Shown here: positions 27,347-37,194 of the stretch, piece by piece
How the letters are laid out: each line of letters starts with the position of its first letter
Position numbering within the stretch: the stretch's first letter is position 1
Source of the DNA: a virus
Taxonomy: Duplodnaviria; Caudoviricetes
Length of the DNA: 40,333 nucleotides
IMG/VR virus record: IMGVR_UViG_3300048881_000483
Span: 1-40,333 of that record
Direction: 5' to 3' (one strand)
The notes under the pieces: generated by a model
Told to the model about the DNA's origin: nothing
The model's database searches: none
The model's input: only the letters and a program-made list of their open reading frames with translations
Made by a program: the position numbers and the translations under genes

Positions 27347-27814
27347 ATGGACCAGTCACAAGAATTAACAATTGAACAAGCCATGTATTGGGCAGTTGAT
27401 GACTTTAAAGGCGGGGTGGCTGCGCTTGCAGCGATTTATGGATTGAATCCGACGGTTATGAGTAACAGTCTTAATCCCAATAATATGCAGCATCGGCCCA
27501 ATCTAAAGCACTTTAAGGCGGTATTAGAAGGGACTAAAGACCCGCGTTTGACCAATGCTATTGGCCAGTTAGCGGATGGTGTTTTTATTCCGGTCGGTAA
27601 GCACGATGAGATTGCGGGTGATGATGCCATTTTGGATAACATGCTGACGGTCGTTGAGGCGATCGGAAGTTATGGTCGTACGGTGCGCGAGTCTATTGCA
27701 AATGGTGATGTCGATGATGGTGAGTGGTTAGAGTTGCAAAACTCAGCGCTAGAAGGCATTAAGGCGATTTACATGGTTTTGCATAACTGTTCTCAGTTAC
27801 GAGGAACCTTGTAA
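27347..27814 (+). CDS. CII-like phage regulatory protein
   Basis: GG..ALA...G.....N.LNPN...H and I..G.VD..E motifs; follows cro. Confidence 0.75.
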   Translation: MDQSQELTIEQAMYWAVDDFKGGVAALAAIYGLNPTVMSNSLNPNNMQHRPNLKHFKAVLEGTKDPRLTNAIGQLADGVFIPVGKHDEIAGDDAILDNMLTVVEAIGSYGRTVRESIANGDVDDGEWLELQNSALEGIKAIYMVLHNCSQLRGTL

Positions 27815-28908
27815 TGGGTCGTGTAGATTCTAGTTCTTGGGCTGATTGCACTATGGATCAGGTACAGGATGCATTGGCGTGTATCAGTGCGGATGAATCA
27901 CGCGATGAGTGGGTTCGTATTGGTATGGCGATTAAGTCTGAGTTTGGCGATATGGGCTTTGATCTTTTTAATGATTGGTCCATGGGTAGTGACAAATACG
28001 ATCGCAAAAATATGCGCGGTACCTGGAAGTCGATTAAGGCCGGAGGGGCGACTGGTATTGGTTCGTTGTTTAAAAAAGCAATGGATGGTGGTTATCGTCA
28101 TAAGAATATTGAGCGTGATGAAGTGGCGCAGGCTGAATATCAACAACAGTTGGCTGAGCGTAAGCGTAAGCGTGAAGCGGATGCGGCCGCAGAAGAACTA
28201 TGGCGCTCTAATATGCAAGGTGTTGTGTGTCATGCGTCATTAGCCGTTATCGCTGAATTAGTGACTCATGAGGCTGCACCTTGTGAGTATTTAGATAAGA
28301 AGCAGATTAATGCGTTTGGTGTTTATGTTGCAGCGCGATCGGTGCTAATGGTTATTGATGATCAAGATTGCACTTATCAGGTTTTGACGGGTGAGACTGA
28401 TATTAATGCTTTTTTCAAAACAGGTGCGGCTAAGTTAGAGCATATTTCAGTACGAAATATTAAGCGCGGTTGTTTGGTTGTTCCAATGTACAACCGTGAG
28501 TTAGAAATTCGATCACTTCAAATTATTTTCCCTAATAAAAAGTCTTTTCCGCGTCATGGTCAAAAATCAGATTGTTTTCACTTCATTGGCGATCAGTCTT
28601 GTGCATCGGGTGTTTTGTGTATTGCTGAAGGGTATGCAACAGCGGCCAGTATTTACATGGCAACGGGTTATCCCTGTGTGGTGGCATTTGATGCGGGCAA
28701 TATTGTTCGTGTTTCTAAAATTATGCGCTCTATCTTTCCTGTGGTAACGATTGTTGTGTGTGGTGATGATGATGAAATTAATAACACGGGTGTGAGTACC
28801 GGTATTCAAAAAGCCAATCAAGCAGCGGCTAATTGTTCGGGAATTGCTGTAATCCCTCTATTTGATCATCAGGTTCAGGAAGTCGAAGAAGGGGTTGTAA
28901 ATGGGTAG
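27814..28908 (+). CDS. DNA primase (PriCT-2 + Toprim)
   Basis: RDEWVRIGMA.K...F.DWS..S.KY...W.S; SLQ.I; IAEGYATA; VAFDAGN; CGDDD. Confidence 0.88.
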   Translation: MGRVDSSSWADCTMDQVQDALACISADESRDEWVRIGMAIKSEFGDMGFDLFNDWSMGSDKYDRKNMRGTWKSIKAGGATGIGSLFKKAMDGGYRHKNIERDEVAQAEYQQQLAERKRKREADAAAEELWRSNMQGVVCHASLAVIAELVTHEAAPCEYLDKKQINAFGVYVAARSVLMVIDDQDCTYQVLTGETDINAFFKTGAAKLEHISVRNIKRGCLVVPMYNRELEIRSLQIIFPNKKSFPRHGQKSDCFHFIGDQSCASGVLCIAEGYATAASIYMATGYPCVVAFDAGNIVRVSKIMRSIFPVVTIVVCGDDDEINNTGVSTGIQKANQAAANCSGIAVIPLFDHQVQEVEEGVVNG

Positions 28909-30616
28909 TAAGACAGAAAAGAAGCCTACTGATTTTAATGATTTGCATGTTGCACAAGGTTTGGGTGCGGTGGCAGATCAAGTGAATAGGGCGATAGCTA
29001 AGGCGCAAGATATTTCTCCCGAACCCTCATTAGATGAGGCTGATTTTACTGTGGGTGATGTGCTGATGGGTGGTGTGCCAATCTCCCCTGACCCCTCAAT
29101 AGTTCCGGCGGGAATTTCTGTAAGCGAAAACAATGAAATTACTCTTGAAGATGCATTGAAGCGTTATGCCTTAGTCTTTCCCTCTGGTGATGTGTGGGAT
29201 ACGCACGAAAAAACCAAGGTTAAAGTGGCTGCTTTTAAGCGTGTTGTAGGTAAGAAGGTTTCTAGTAGTTGGTTAGATTCCGGTAATAAGCGTCAAGTGA
29301 GTGAATCAGACCTTAAAGCCGCAGCGGACGCCGCCAAAAAAGCAGGGGTGCGGGGTATTGAGGAGGCTTTAGAGCGTTTTACTTATCTTGAGCCTTCTAG
29401 GAATGTTTGGGATGGCATGTTGCGTGAAATTGTGCCAATCGAAAACTTAAAGTGCGTTATGCCTGAAGCGTTTGATTTCTGGAATAAGAGTATTGAGCGC
29501 AAGGTGGTTTTGCAATCTAACCTGGTATTTGATCCAACACAGTCTGTTGATCCTGAAACTCATATCAATATGTTTCGTGGGCTGCCATTAACCCCAGAAA
29601 GTGATGACGCAAAGTGTGAAGGTATTCGCCAGATGATGTTCACCTTATGTAATCAAGATAACGAGGTTTGGGACTGGTTAAAAAAATGGCTGGCTTATCC
29701 GCTTCAGCATGTTGGTGCCAAAATGGATACGGCGGTTTTGATGCATTCTGAAACTCAGGGCTCGGGTAAGTCGATGTTGTTTGATGGGGTGATGCGGCCT
29801 ATTTATGGTGAGTATGGGGCAACACTTGGACAGCACCAAATGGAGTCACAATATACTGATTGGCAATCGAATCTTTTATATGGGTTGTTTGAAGAGATTT
29901 TTTCGCGCAGCAAAAAGTATTCTCAAATGGGTACCGTGAAGCAGATGGTGACAGGCGATAAGACACGAATAGAAAAGAAGTTTGTGAGTGGTTGGGAAGA
30001 AGCGAATCACATGAACTGTATTTTCCTATCGAATGAGTTACAGCCGTTTCCTGTTGAACCTAGCGATCGTCGCTTTTTAGTTGTTTGGCCAAATTGGAAG
30101 TTGCCAGAAGACTTGCAGAAGAAGGTCGGGCATGAAATTGAGAATGGTGGTCCACAAGCGTTTATGGCTTGGTTGCAGCGTTTGGATTTAACAGGCTTTG
30201 ATCGTAGAAGTAAGCCGCCAATGACAGATGCTAAGCGACGTTTAATTGATTTTGGTTTGCCTAGCTGGGAAGTGTTCTTTCGAGAGTGGTCGGCGGGTAA
30301 CTTAGATGCGCCTTATCAAACGTGTCTAAGTGATGATTTATTTGTGGTTTATGACAATTGGTGTAAGGCCGGACATGAGCGAACGATTCCTCGTGAAAAG
30401 TTTTCGAGTGCGCTCTCTGTGAAAATTACTCGCAGGCCTTCATTAAAATACGATGATCCTGGTGGTATGGGTAAGACGGTACGAAAGGATCGAAAAGGTA
30501 CCTTTTTTATTATTAGTGATCAGCCGCAAAAGATGACGCAAAAGGCGTGGTTGTCGAGCTGTGTTAATGATTTCAGAAGAGAGCTTGGCTTTGGGTTTAG
30601 TAATGAACAGCAATAA
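28901..30616 (+). CDS. SF3/D5-type helicase (DUF5906 family)
   Basis: Walker A QGSGKS, Walker B LFEE, FLSN, DRRF; N-terminal TDFNDLH. Confidence 0.88.
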   Translation: MGSKTEKKPTDFNDLHVAQGLGAVADQVNRAIAKAQDISPEPSLDEADFTVGDVLMGGVPISPDPSIVPAGISVSENNEITLEDALKRYALVFPSGDVWDTHEKTKVKVAAFKRVVGKKVSSSWLDSGNKRQVSESDLKAAADAAKKAGVRGIEEALERFTYLEPSRNVWDGMLREIVPIENLKCVMPEAFDFWNKSIERKVVLQSNLVFDPTQSVDPETHINMFRGLPLTPESDDAKCEGIRQMMFTLCNQDNEVWDWLKKWLAYPLQHVGAKMDTAVLMHSETQGSGKSMLFDGVMRPIYGEYGATLGQHQMESQYTDWQSNLLYGLFEEIFSRSKKYSQMGTVKQMVTGDKTRIEKKFVSGWEEANHMNCIFLSNELQPFPVEPSDRRFLVVWPNWKLPEDLQKKVGHEIENGGPQAFMAWLQRLDLTGFDRRSKPPMTDAKRRLIDFGLPSWEVFFREWSAGNLDAPYQTCLSDDLFVVYDNWCKAGHERTIPREKFSSALSVKITRRPSLKYDDPGGMGKTVRKDRKGTFFIISDQPQKMTQKAWLSSCVNDFRRELGFGFSNEQQ

Positions 30617-30637
30617 AAAGCCCAGTGTGCCTACGGC

Positions 30638-30894
30638 TAACCTAGGGTTGTCTTTTGTACCCAAGGTCATTGTAGCCTTAGTGCTATCTGCATTAGGAGA
30701 AAAAGGCCTAGGGGCCTAGTGTTTTTTTCTACGCGCGCGGATGCGTATTAAATAACAGTAAAAAGTTAAGTTTAAAAAAATACTCTCATGCGAGAGAAGT
30801 ACCCTAGGTACCCTAGGCCTATAGGCCTTATTAGTATTCATCAATGTTTCAGTGACCTAGGGGTATATAAAAACCACTAGGTCTACACAAGGTC
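30638..30894. other. Putative replication origin with clustered CCTAGG motifs
   Basis: CCTAGG at 30641, 30707, 30803, 30812 and 30856, plus near matches, around an AT-rich stretch directly after the helicase gene. Confidence 0.55.
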
Positions 30895-30914
30895 TTTAAT
30901 TTAAAGGATTAAAA

Positions 30915-31331
30915 ATGATTAACCATATACATGATCGTCTTGTTACTTGGGCTTCTGCGGCTTTATCCGATACCTTGGGTGCTTTAAGTTACTCATCAAT
31001 CCTTTTAGAGATGGAAGATACTTCAGAGCGCAATAACGACACGGTTGCCTTGTGGTCGCCAGCAGTTGAAGAAATAGAACGTGCAGTTAATTCGCTGGCC
31101 TATGAGTTGCGCGAGACAATCAAAGCGATCTATCTAGAGCCTGAAGCCAAAATGAGTCAGGCAGCAAAGCGCTGCGGTTGCAGTGTGGCTACCTTGCGTC
31201 GTCGTCGTAATAAAGCGCACGAAAAAATTGAAGCATTTTTAAATGAAAATAAACCTACGAAAAAAGTATTTCTGTCTACGTTAAAAAATAGTTCTTGCAA
31301 ACGTGAGCGATTAGTGGAAAATGCTTTCTAG
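30915..31331 (+). CDS. Late-gene regulator, Q-like antiterminator / sigma-4-type HTH
   Basis: RL..WA...IERAV..L...Y....A.RCGCS..T..RR..AH; position before the late leader and lysis genes. Confidence 0.7.
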   Translation: MINHIHDRLVTWASAALSDTLGALSYSSILLEMEDTSERNNDTVALWSPAVEEIERAVNSLAYELRETIKAIYLEPEAKMSQAAKRCGCSVATLRRRRNKAHEKIEAFLNENKPTKKVFLSTLKNSSCKRERLVENAF

Positions 31332-31377
31332 TTCTTGTTGTGTGTCTGAATGATTTGCAGCGAGAATAGCTGACAAT

Positions 31378-31415
31378 AAAAACCCGCTTTGATTTATTTC
31401 AACGCGGGTTTTTTT
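31378..31415 (+). terminator. Late-leader intrinsic terminator (tR'-like)
   Basis: AAAAACCCGC...GCGGGTTTTTTT. Confidence 0.8.
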
Positions 31416-31534
31416 ATGCCTGCGGTTCACATGCTGACGTATCTAGTGAAAGGTGTCCTCATAAGGAATAGATAAGTTTGGAGTGGCGATCCATTAACAG
31501 ATAAGTTTAGCCTTACCTATTGTCTACCTCGTTT

Positions 31535-31560
31535 GCCCAGTTTCGGCTGGGACTTTTTAT
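31535..31560 (+). terminator. Second late-leader hairpin / terminator
   Basis: CCCAGT-TTCG-GCTGGG followed by ACTTTTT. Confidence 0.65.
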
Positions 31561-31575
31561 TTCAGGTTATTAATT

Positions 31576-31998
31576 ATGAAAACGGTTGTGCTTCATCGCG
31601 ATAAAGAAAGCGATGAGGGGACATTGGGCCGTTTATTTGTTGGCTGGCTTTTCTTTTGTCATTCAATCGAATTACCTGATCGTAATAACGAAAAAAATTA
31701 TTCTCGTATACCTGCGGGTAAGTATCGCTGTAAGTGGCATAGATCGCCTCGGTTTGGCTGGGTATACAAAATTGAAAGTGTTCCTAATCGCACCCACATT
31801 TTGATACATCCTGCCAATTGGGCGGGTGATAGTCGAAAGGGTTATATGTGCAACTTAAACGGCTGCATAGCATTAGGAAAGAAGCGTGGGCGGTTGCGTG
31901 GTCAATCTGCGGTTGTTGGCAGTCGTTACGCTGTCAAAAAGCTTTTTAAGCTGATGAATAAGAAACCTTTTAATCTAATTATTGTTGAGTCTGCCTAA
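31576..31998 (+). CDS. DUF5675-family protein, putative endolysin
   Basis: T.G.L...ELP...N....S.IPAG.Y; VPNR.HILIH.AN; GCI.LG. Confidence 0.75.
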   Translation: MKTVVLHRDKESDEGTLGRLFVGWLFFCHSIELPDRNNEKNYSRIPAGKYRCKWHRSPRFGWVYKIESVPNRTHILIHPANWAGDSRKGYMCNLNGCIALGKKRGRLRGQSAVVGSRYAVKKLFKLMNKKPFNLIIVESA

Positions 31999-32501
31999 TG
32001 ATTGAATCTCTTTTAAGTGGTGGTGTTGTTGGGTTGGTTGGGTCTATTGCATCCAATGTGTTTGGTTATTTTAAAAATAAGCAAGAGCATCAACAGAATA
32101 TTGAGTTAAAGAAAATAGAGATTGTTTCTAATAAAAACGATCACGCCTATGCAATGGAACAAATTAAAGCTGAGGCAGGATATAAGACGCAACAGCTAAT
32201 GGTTGAAGCTGAGAGCGAATTGTCTGTATCTGCATATAAAGCGTTAAGTGATTCGTACATCACTGACGCGACTTACGCAGGTGATAGCCGCTTATTAATA
32301 ATTGCTGAGTTCATTAAGAAAATCACGCGCCCCGTACTTACCTATGTATTGGTGTTTCTTACTACTGGCATCTATTTCAAATCAGATGGTGATATTCAGG
32401 ATGATATAGCAAGAGCGGTTGTGGCAATGACAGCAACAGTTGTGTCGTGGTGGTTTGCTGATCGCCAAATAGCTAAGCAGATAGGGAAGAGAATCTTATG
32501 A
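31998..32501 (+). CDS. Membrane protein, holin-like
   Basis: N-terminal Gly-rich hydrophobic helix, coiled region, RPVLTY, two TMs, WWF.DR. Confidence 0.65.
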   Translation: MIESLLSGGVVGLVGSIASNVFGYFKNKQEHQQNIELKKIEIVSNKNDHAYAMEQIKAEAGYKTQQLMVEAESELSVSAYKALSDSYITDATYAGDSRLLIIAEFIKKITRPVLTYVLVFLTTGIYFKSDGDIQDDIARAVVAMTATVVSWWFADRQIAKQIGKRIL

Positions 32502-32749
32502 GTCGTGAATCTATTCATGGTGCGCTGATGGAACGAGTTGCAACATTGTCAGCTTATGGAACGAGTGGCGCTACTGTTGTGGCGGGTTGGTCAATGCAGG
32601 AGTGGTTTGGTGTGATTGGATTAATTTTCATGGTGCTAACTTTTATCATCAATACTTATTACCGTCGCAAGACATATCAGCATCAAGTATTCATGCAAGA
32701 GAAAGCGTTGCGCGATGAGGCTGAAGAGAATGGATACCGTGGCGGATAA
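32498..32749 (+). CDS. Holin (HP1-type-like)
   Basis: AYG.SG...S.QEW...G......TF..N.YYRRK. Confidence 0.7.
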   Translation: MSRESIHGALMERVATLSAYGTSGATVVAGWSMQEWFGVIGLIFMVLTFIINTYYRRKTYQHQVFMQEKALRDEAEENGYRGG

Positions 32750-32875
32750 AGGCAAAGGTACTTCTGGGAATCTAGTTCAATACGGGTTACGAAGGCGCGA
32801 GTTTTTCGCAGAAGTCTGTTCCTATAGGGGGTTATAGTAGTAACCCATTATTTAATAATTTTGTTGGGTTTTGCT
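32750..32875. other. Probable cos / packaging initiation region
   Basis: Non-coding gap just upstream of the small terminase of a gpA-type phage; exact cosN not determined. Confidence 0.35.
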
Positions 32876-33376
32876 ATGTCAGATGTTCTTGATTTGGAAT
32901 CTGTGGCAAATCAGACACGGTTTGCACGTCTTGTTGGGGCTTCTCAGCCTAGTATCAGTAAACACGTTGAAAAAGGTCGCTTGCCTCGTGAGGGCTCTTA
33001 TAAAGATTGGTTCATTGCCTACGGTGAGCATCTTCGTGATGAAGCTGCCGGACGTGGTGGTTCTCTTACTGAGGAATTAGCAGCGGCACGCATTGAAGAG
33101 ACTCGTTTAAAATCTGCAAATTCTCGTTTGGATTATTTGGCAAAGATTGAATCTTTGATACCGCGTGATTTTTGCATGAAAGTTCTAAAAGATTGGGCGG
33201 TTTATGCAAACAGGGAAATGGGTTCGGCAATTAAAACATTAATATCTGATGTTCAGGCTGAACACGATATAGATATTGATAGTGAAATGGTGAGTAACAT
33301 TGTTGGACCTACAACCGAACGAATTAGAGATCATGCAAGTAAACTTGCGGACTCTTTTAGCGGAAGTAGCGACTGA
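32876..33376 (+). CDS. Terminase small subunit
   Basis: N-terminal HTH Q..FARLVG.SQ..IS; HLR..AAGR; coiled coil. Confidence 0.85.
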   Translation: MSDVLDLESVANQTRFARLVGASQPSISKHVEKGRLPREGSYKDWFIAYGEHLRDEAAGRGGSLTEELAAARIEETRLKSANSRLDYLAKIESLIPRDFCMKVLKDWAVYANREMGSAIKTLISDVQAEHDIDIDSEMVSNIVGPTTERIRDHASKLADSFSGSSD

Positions 33377-35372
33377 ATTTAACCCACCTCGTATTTTAAA
33401 ATCTGTTGAATGGATTCCTGAGAATTATTACTTACCTGATTTAACGGGCTTTAGTGGTGGTTATCAGTTTGAGCGATCGCCTTACTTTATTGGCGTAGCT
33501 ATGGCGCTAGACGATCGTAATATTTATGAAGTTGATTTGATGAAAGCCAGCCAAATTGGCTGGACATATTTTATTCTGGGTTATTTATTTGCACGTATAG
33601 CAGGTGATGCTTGCCCAATCATGGGGATATTCGCAAAAGAAAAAGATGCGAAGGCATTTCATGATGAAAAGTTAGTTCCTACGGCTTTAGTGAATAGCGA
33701 GATTACTGATGCAATGGATGTTTCGACATCAAGAAAGTCGGGTAATCGCTGGGACTTAAAAAATTATCCTGGTGGCTTCTTAAAGCTGGTTGGTTCTAAT
33801 TCGCCTGGTAACGTTAAATCAACGTCGTCGGTTGGTGTGTTGTTTGTTGAAGAACCAGACGATACCAGTGATAACGTTGCCGATCAGGGTGATGCTATTG
33901 GTAATGGTGAAGAACGGTTAAAGCGTTATACCGGTAATAAAAAATTAATTGTAGGTGGTACGCCAGCAGTTAAAGGGCTTTCTAAAACAGAAGCTCGTTT
34001 AGATCGTAGTGATTGTCGTGTGTTACCCATTACTTGCCATGACTGTGGAAGTTCGCACGTTCTAGATTGGGACAATGTGTGGTGGGAAGGTAAAGATTCT
34101 GATAACCCTGATTACGATGCTGAAACGGGCGAAATTAATGTTGAATATCATGAGGTCTTTGGTTTTTCTCAGCCAGAAACGGCCGTTTATATCTGCCCTG
34201 ATTGCGGTGAGCATTGGGATGATTACCAGCGACAGAAAAATATTCGAGAAACAGTTTATAGCGCTTTAGATGATGGCGATCCTATGGCTGGTTGGGTTGC
34301 TACTAAGCCTTTTAATGGAATTGCAGGTTTTACGGGGCTTAGTGAATTATATGTTTGTATTGATGGCACCTCATTAGCTCAGGTTGTGCAGGAGTATTTG
34401 GCTGCTGAAAAAGAGTCAGACAAGGGCAATCAGTCGATGATGATTAAATTCATCAATCAAAAGCTGGGTAAGCCTTATGAATATAAAACCGATGCACCTG
34501 ATTCGGATGCTTTAGAAGCTAGAGCAGAAGATTATGAAGAAATGGTGGTGCCAAATGGCGGGCTGGTCATTACGGCTGGGGTTGATATTCAGGGTGATCG
34601 CTTAGCGATCGTGATTCGTGCGTGGGGTCGCGGTGAAGAAAGTTGGCTTTTGTATTGGGGTGAGTTATTTGCAAAGCGATCTGTTAATGATGTAACTGAT
34701 CCGGTATGGCAAGAACTTCATTCATTATTATTCAGTCCTATTCCGCATGTACGCGGTTTTCAAATGCAGGTCAGTGCGGTCAGTGTCGATACCTCTGATG
34801 GTAATACCAATGATGCTGTATATGACTGGGTGCGTAAAAATCTAAGCCGAAATGTTTTAGCGATTAAAGGTTCCTCTAATGACTACGGTAATCGCGAAAT
34901 TTATTCGCGGCCGAGAAAAATTGATCATAAAAGCAAAACCAAAGCGGCTAAGTATGGGTTAGAAATCCATTCAGTTGGCACGCATAAAGCCAAAGACCTT
35001 TTATTCGGTGAAAAGGGGCGGCTTTCCTTAATGGGAAGTGGTCCTGGTCGAATGCATTGGTATAAAAATGTTCGCCAAGACTATTACGATCAAATAACCG
35101 CAGAGATTAAAGCCCCGCATACAAAAATGCGCGGTAAGTTGGTGTGGCAGTGTAAATCCGGTGTGCGAAATGAAGGCACTGACTGTGAAGTTTATTGTTT
35201 GCACGCTGCTCGTTATTTAAAGCTAAATCGCTGGTTGCCTAGTGCTTGGGATGCAATAGAAAAGAAATTAACCCAAACCGATTTATTTGCAGCGCCTGAA
35301 GTGGTTGCAGCACCTAATAAAAAGCCCGTTAAAAAGGCTAGTCGCGTCATTAGTAAAGGAGTTGAGTTGTAA
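33333..35372 (+). CDS. Terminase large subunit (lambda gpA family)
   Basis: KASQIGWT Walker A variant, VEEPD, GGTP, CxxC pairs, TAGVDIQ, RNE..DC..Y. Confidence 0.95.
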   Translation: MQVNLRTLLAEVATEFNPPRILKSVEWIPENYYLPDLTGFSGGYQFERSPYFIGVAMALDDRNIYEVDLMKASQIGWTYFILGYLFARIAGDACPIMGIFAKEKDAKAFHDEKLVPTALVNSEITDAMDVSTSRKSGNRWDLKNYPGGFLKLVGSNSPGNVKSTSSVGVLFVEEPDDTSDNVADQGDAIGNGEERLKRYTGNKKLIVGGTPAVKGLSKTEARLDRSDCRVLPITCHDCGSSHVLDWDNVWWEGKDSDNPDYDAETGEINVEYHEVFGFSQPETAVYICPDCGEHWDDYQRQKNIRETVYSALDDGDPMAGWVATKPFNGIAGFTGLSELYVCIDGTSLAQVVQEYLAAEKESDKGNQSMMIKFINQKLGKPYEYKTDAPDSDALEARAEDYEEMVVPNGGLVITAGVDIQGDRLAIVIRAWGRGEESWLLYWGELFAKRSVNDVTDPVWQELHSLLFSPIPHVRGFQMQVSAVSVDTSDGNTNDAVYDWVRKNLSRNVLAIKGSSNDYGNREIYSRPRKIDHKSKTKAAKYGLEIHSVGTHKAKDLLFGEKGRLSLMGSGPGRMHWYKNVRQDYYDQITAEIKAPHTKMRGKLVWQCKSGVRNEGTDCEVYCLHAARYLKLNRWLPSAWDAIEKKLTQTDLFAAPEVVAAPNKKPVKKASRVISKGVEL

Positions 35373-35590
35373 TGACTGGAATTACATTAGAAATAGCACA
35401 AAAACAGCTTACCAGTTGGATTAAAGCCGATGAAAAAGTATCTAATGGGCAATCCTATAGTCATGAAGGCCGTCAGCTAACCCGTGCAGATGCGGCTGTT
35501 GTGACAGCTAAAATTGATTATTGGTCTGAAAAAGTAAATCAATTAAGCGGTCGTGGTCGTCGTGGTATGCGTCGGGTGAATTTGTCATGA
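35372..35590 (+). CDS. Head completion protein (gpW-like)
   Basis: GQSY...GRQLTRAD motif; between terminase and portal. Confidence 0.8.
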   Translation: MTGITLEIAQKQLTSWIKADEKVSNGQSYSHEGRQLTRADAAVVTAKIDYWSEKVNQLSGRGRRGMRRVNLS

Positions 35591-37155
35591 GTAAAGATTC
35601 ATTAGCGTTACAAAAGGCCATGAAACCTAATGTGATTGATAAAATCATTCATGTCTTTGACCCGATTAAAGGTTATCGAAGGCAGCAGGCGCGCACAATG
35701 TCAGCTATTTCTGGCAGTTACTCGGGTGCTAAGCGCAGCGGCGGCACCATGAAAAACTGGTTTACGTCTAGTAATGATGCGAATAGCGATATTTTGCCAG
35801 AATTGCCTTTAATGCGTTCTCGAAGTCGTGATTTGGTGCGAAATCATCCTATTGCCAGTGGTGCGATCAATACAGTGACAACGAATGTTGTTGGTTCTGG
35901 TTTGACGTTGCAAAGCAGTATTGATGCTGAATTTCTGCGAATGTCTGAAGAAGAAGCTGCAGAATGGCAAGCGAATACTGAGCGTGAGTTTAAATTGTGG
36001 TCGGAAAGTAAAAGCTGCGACATTACCCGCACGCAGAACTTTGCAGGCTTGCAAGATTTAGCATTCAGATCATCTTTAGAAAATGGCGACTCATTTGGTT
36101 TATTGCCAATGGTTGGAGTTAAAGGTTCACCCTATAAGACACGTATTCAATTAATTGAAAGCGATCGTATTTGTAATGAAAAGGATAAACGAGATTCGTC
36201 TACTTTGGCGGGTGGTATCTCGATAGATCAATACGGCGCACCTGAGTTATTGCATGTTTTAAAATCGCATCCTGGTGGGATTGGTGGGCAGAAAAAGGAG
36301 TGGAGTAAAATTCGTTTCTTTGGCAAGGATACGGGGCGTTCAAATGTCATTCAGTTGTTTGATCGAAGACGTATTGGTCAATTACGCGGTGTACCTTATT
36401 TAGCACCAGTAATAGAGCCATTAAAGCAGCTTGGTCGTTATACCGATGCTGAATTAATGGCCGCAGTGGTATCTGGATTGTTTACCGTATTTGTTAAGTC
36501 AGAAGCAGGTTCAGATTCGCTGCTAACGGGTGATGATGTCGAGGGGAAATCACGAGATTATGAGTTGGGCCAAGGCTCAATTATTGAGGGTTTACCTGGT
36601 GATAGCATTGAAACCATTGATGCTGGTCGTCCTAATAAAGAATTCTCGCCGTTTGTTGATGCGATCTTAATGCAAGTCGGTGTTGCATTAGAGTTGCCAA
36701 AAGAAGTATTGGCAAAGGTATTTTTATCATCCTATAGCGCCGCTCGTGCCGCGTTGTTGGATGCATGGAAATTCTTTAGTAAGCGCCGCAGAGTTCTTGC
36801 AGTAAATTTTTGCCAACCCATTTACGAAGCTTGGTTAGAAGAGGCCGTTTCTATTGGTCGTGTTCATGCCCCGGGCTTTTTTACCGACCCATTAATTCGT
36901 AAGGCTTATTGTGGTGCGCTTTGGCACGGTGATGGTCCTGGTGCGATTGACCCGCTAAAAGAAGCCAACGCGATTGATAAACGATTGGAAATGAACTTAA
37001 CCAGCTTGGCAGAAGAGAAAGCGGGTTACGACGGTGGTGATTGGGAGCAGACAGTAAAGCAGCGTAAAAAAGAACGTGACGTTATTGGTGATACACCTGA
37101 GCCCAATGATAAACGGCCAGAAGAAGAACCTTTTAACCCCGACAACCCCCAATAA
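35587..37155 (+). CDS. Portal protein, lambda family
   Basis: R.RSRDLVRN, VVG.GL, GQ.RGVP, SYSAARA.L, IDP.KE. Confidence 0.95.
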   Translation: MSKDSLALQKAMKPNVIDKIIHVFDPIKGYRRQQARTMSAISGSYSGAKRSGGTMKNWFTSSNDANSDILPELPLMRSRSRDLVRNHPIASGAINTVTTNVVGSGLTLQSSIDAEFLRMSEEEAAEWQANTEREFKLWSESKSCDITRTQNFAGLQDLAFRSSLENGDSFGLLPMVGVKGSPYKTRIQLIESDRICNEKDKRDSSTLAGGISIDQYGAPELLHVLKSHPGGIGGQKKEWSKIRFFGKDTGRSNVIQLFDRRRIGQLRGVPYLAPVIEPLKQLGRYTDAELMAAVVSGLFTVFVKSEAGSDSLLTGDDVEGKSRDYELGQGSIIEGLPGDSIETIDAGRPNKEFSPFVDAILMQVGVALELPKEVLAKVFLSSYSAARAALLDAWKFFSKRRRVLAVNFCQPIYEAWLEEAVSIGRVHAPGFFTDPLIRKAYCGALWHGDGPGAIDPLKEANAIDKRLEMNLTSLAEEKAGYDGGDWEQTVKQRKKERDVIGDTPEPNDKRPEEEPFNPDNPQ

Positions 37156-37180
37156 AGCCCGCACTTAGCGGGCTTTTTTT
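37154..37180 (+). terminator. Intrinsic terminator between portal and protease
   Basis: AAAGCCCGC-ACTTA-GCGGGCTTTTTTT. Confidence 0.8.
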
Positions 37181-37194
37181 ATGGAGAAAGAAAA

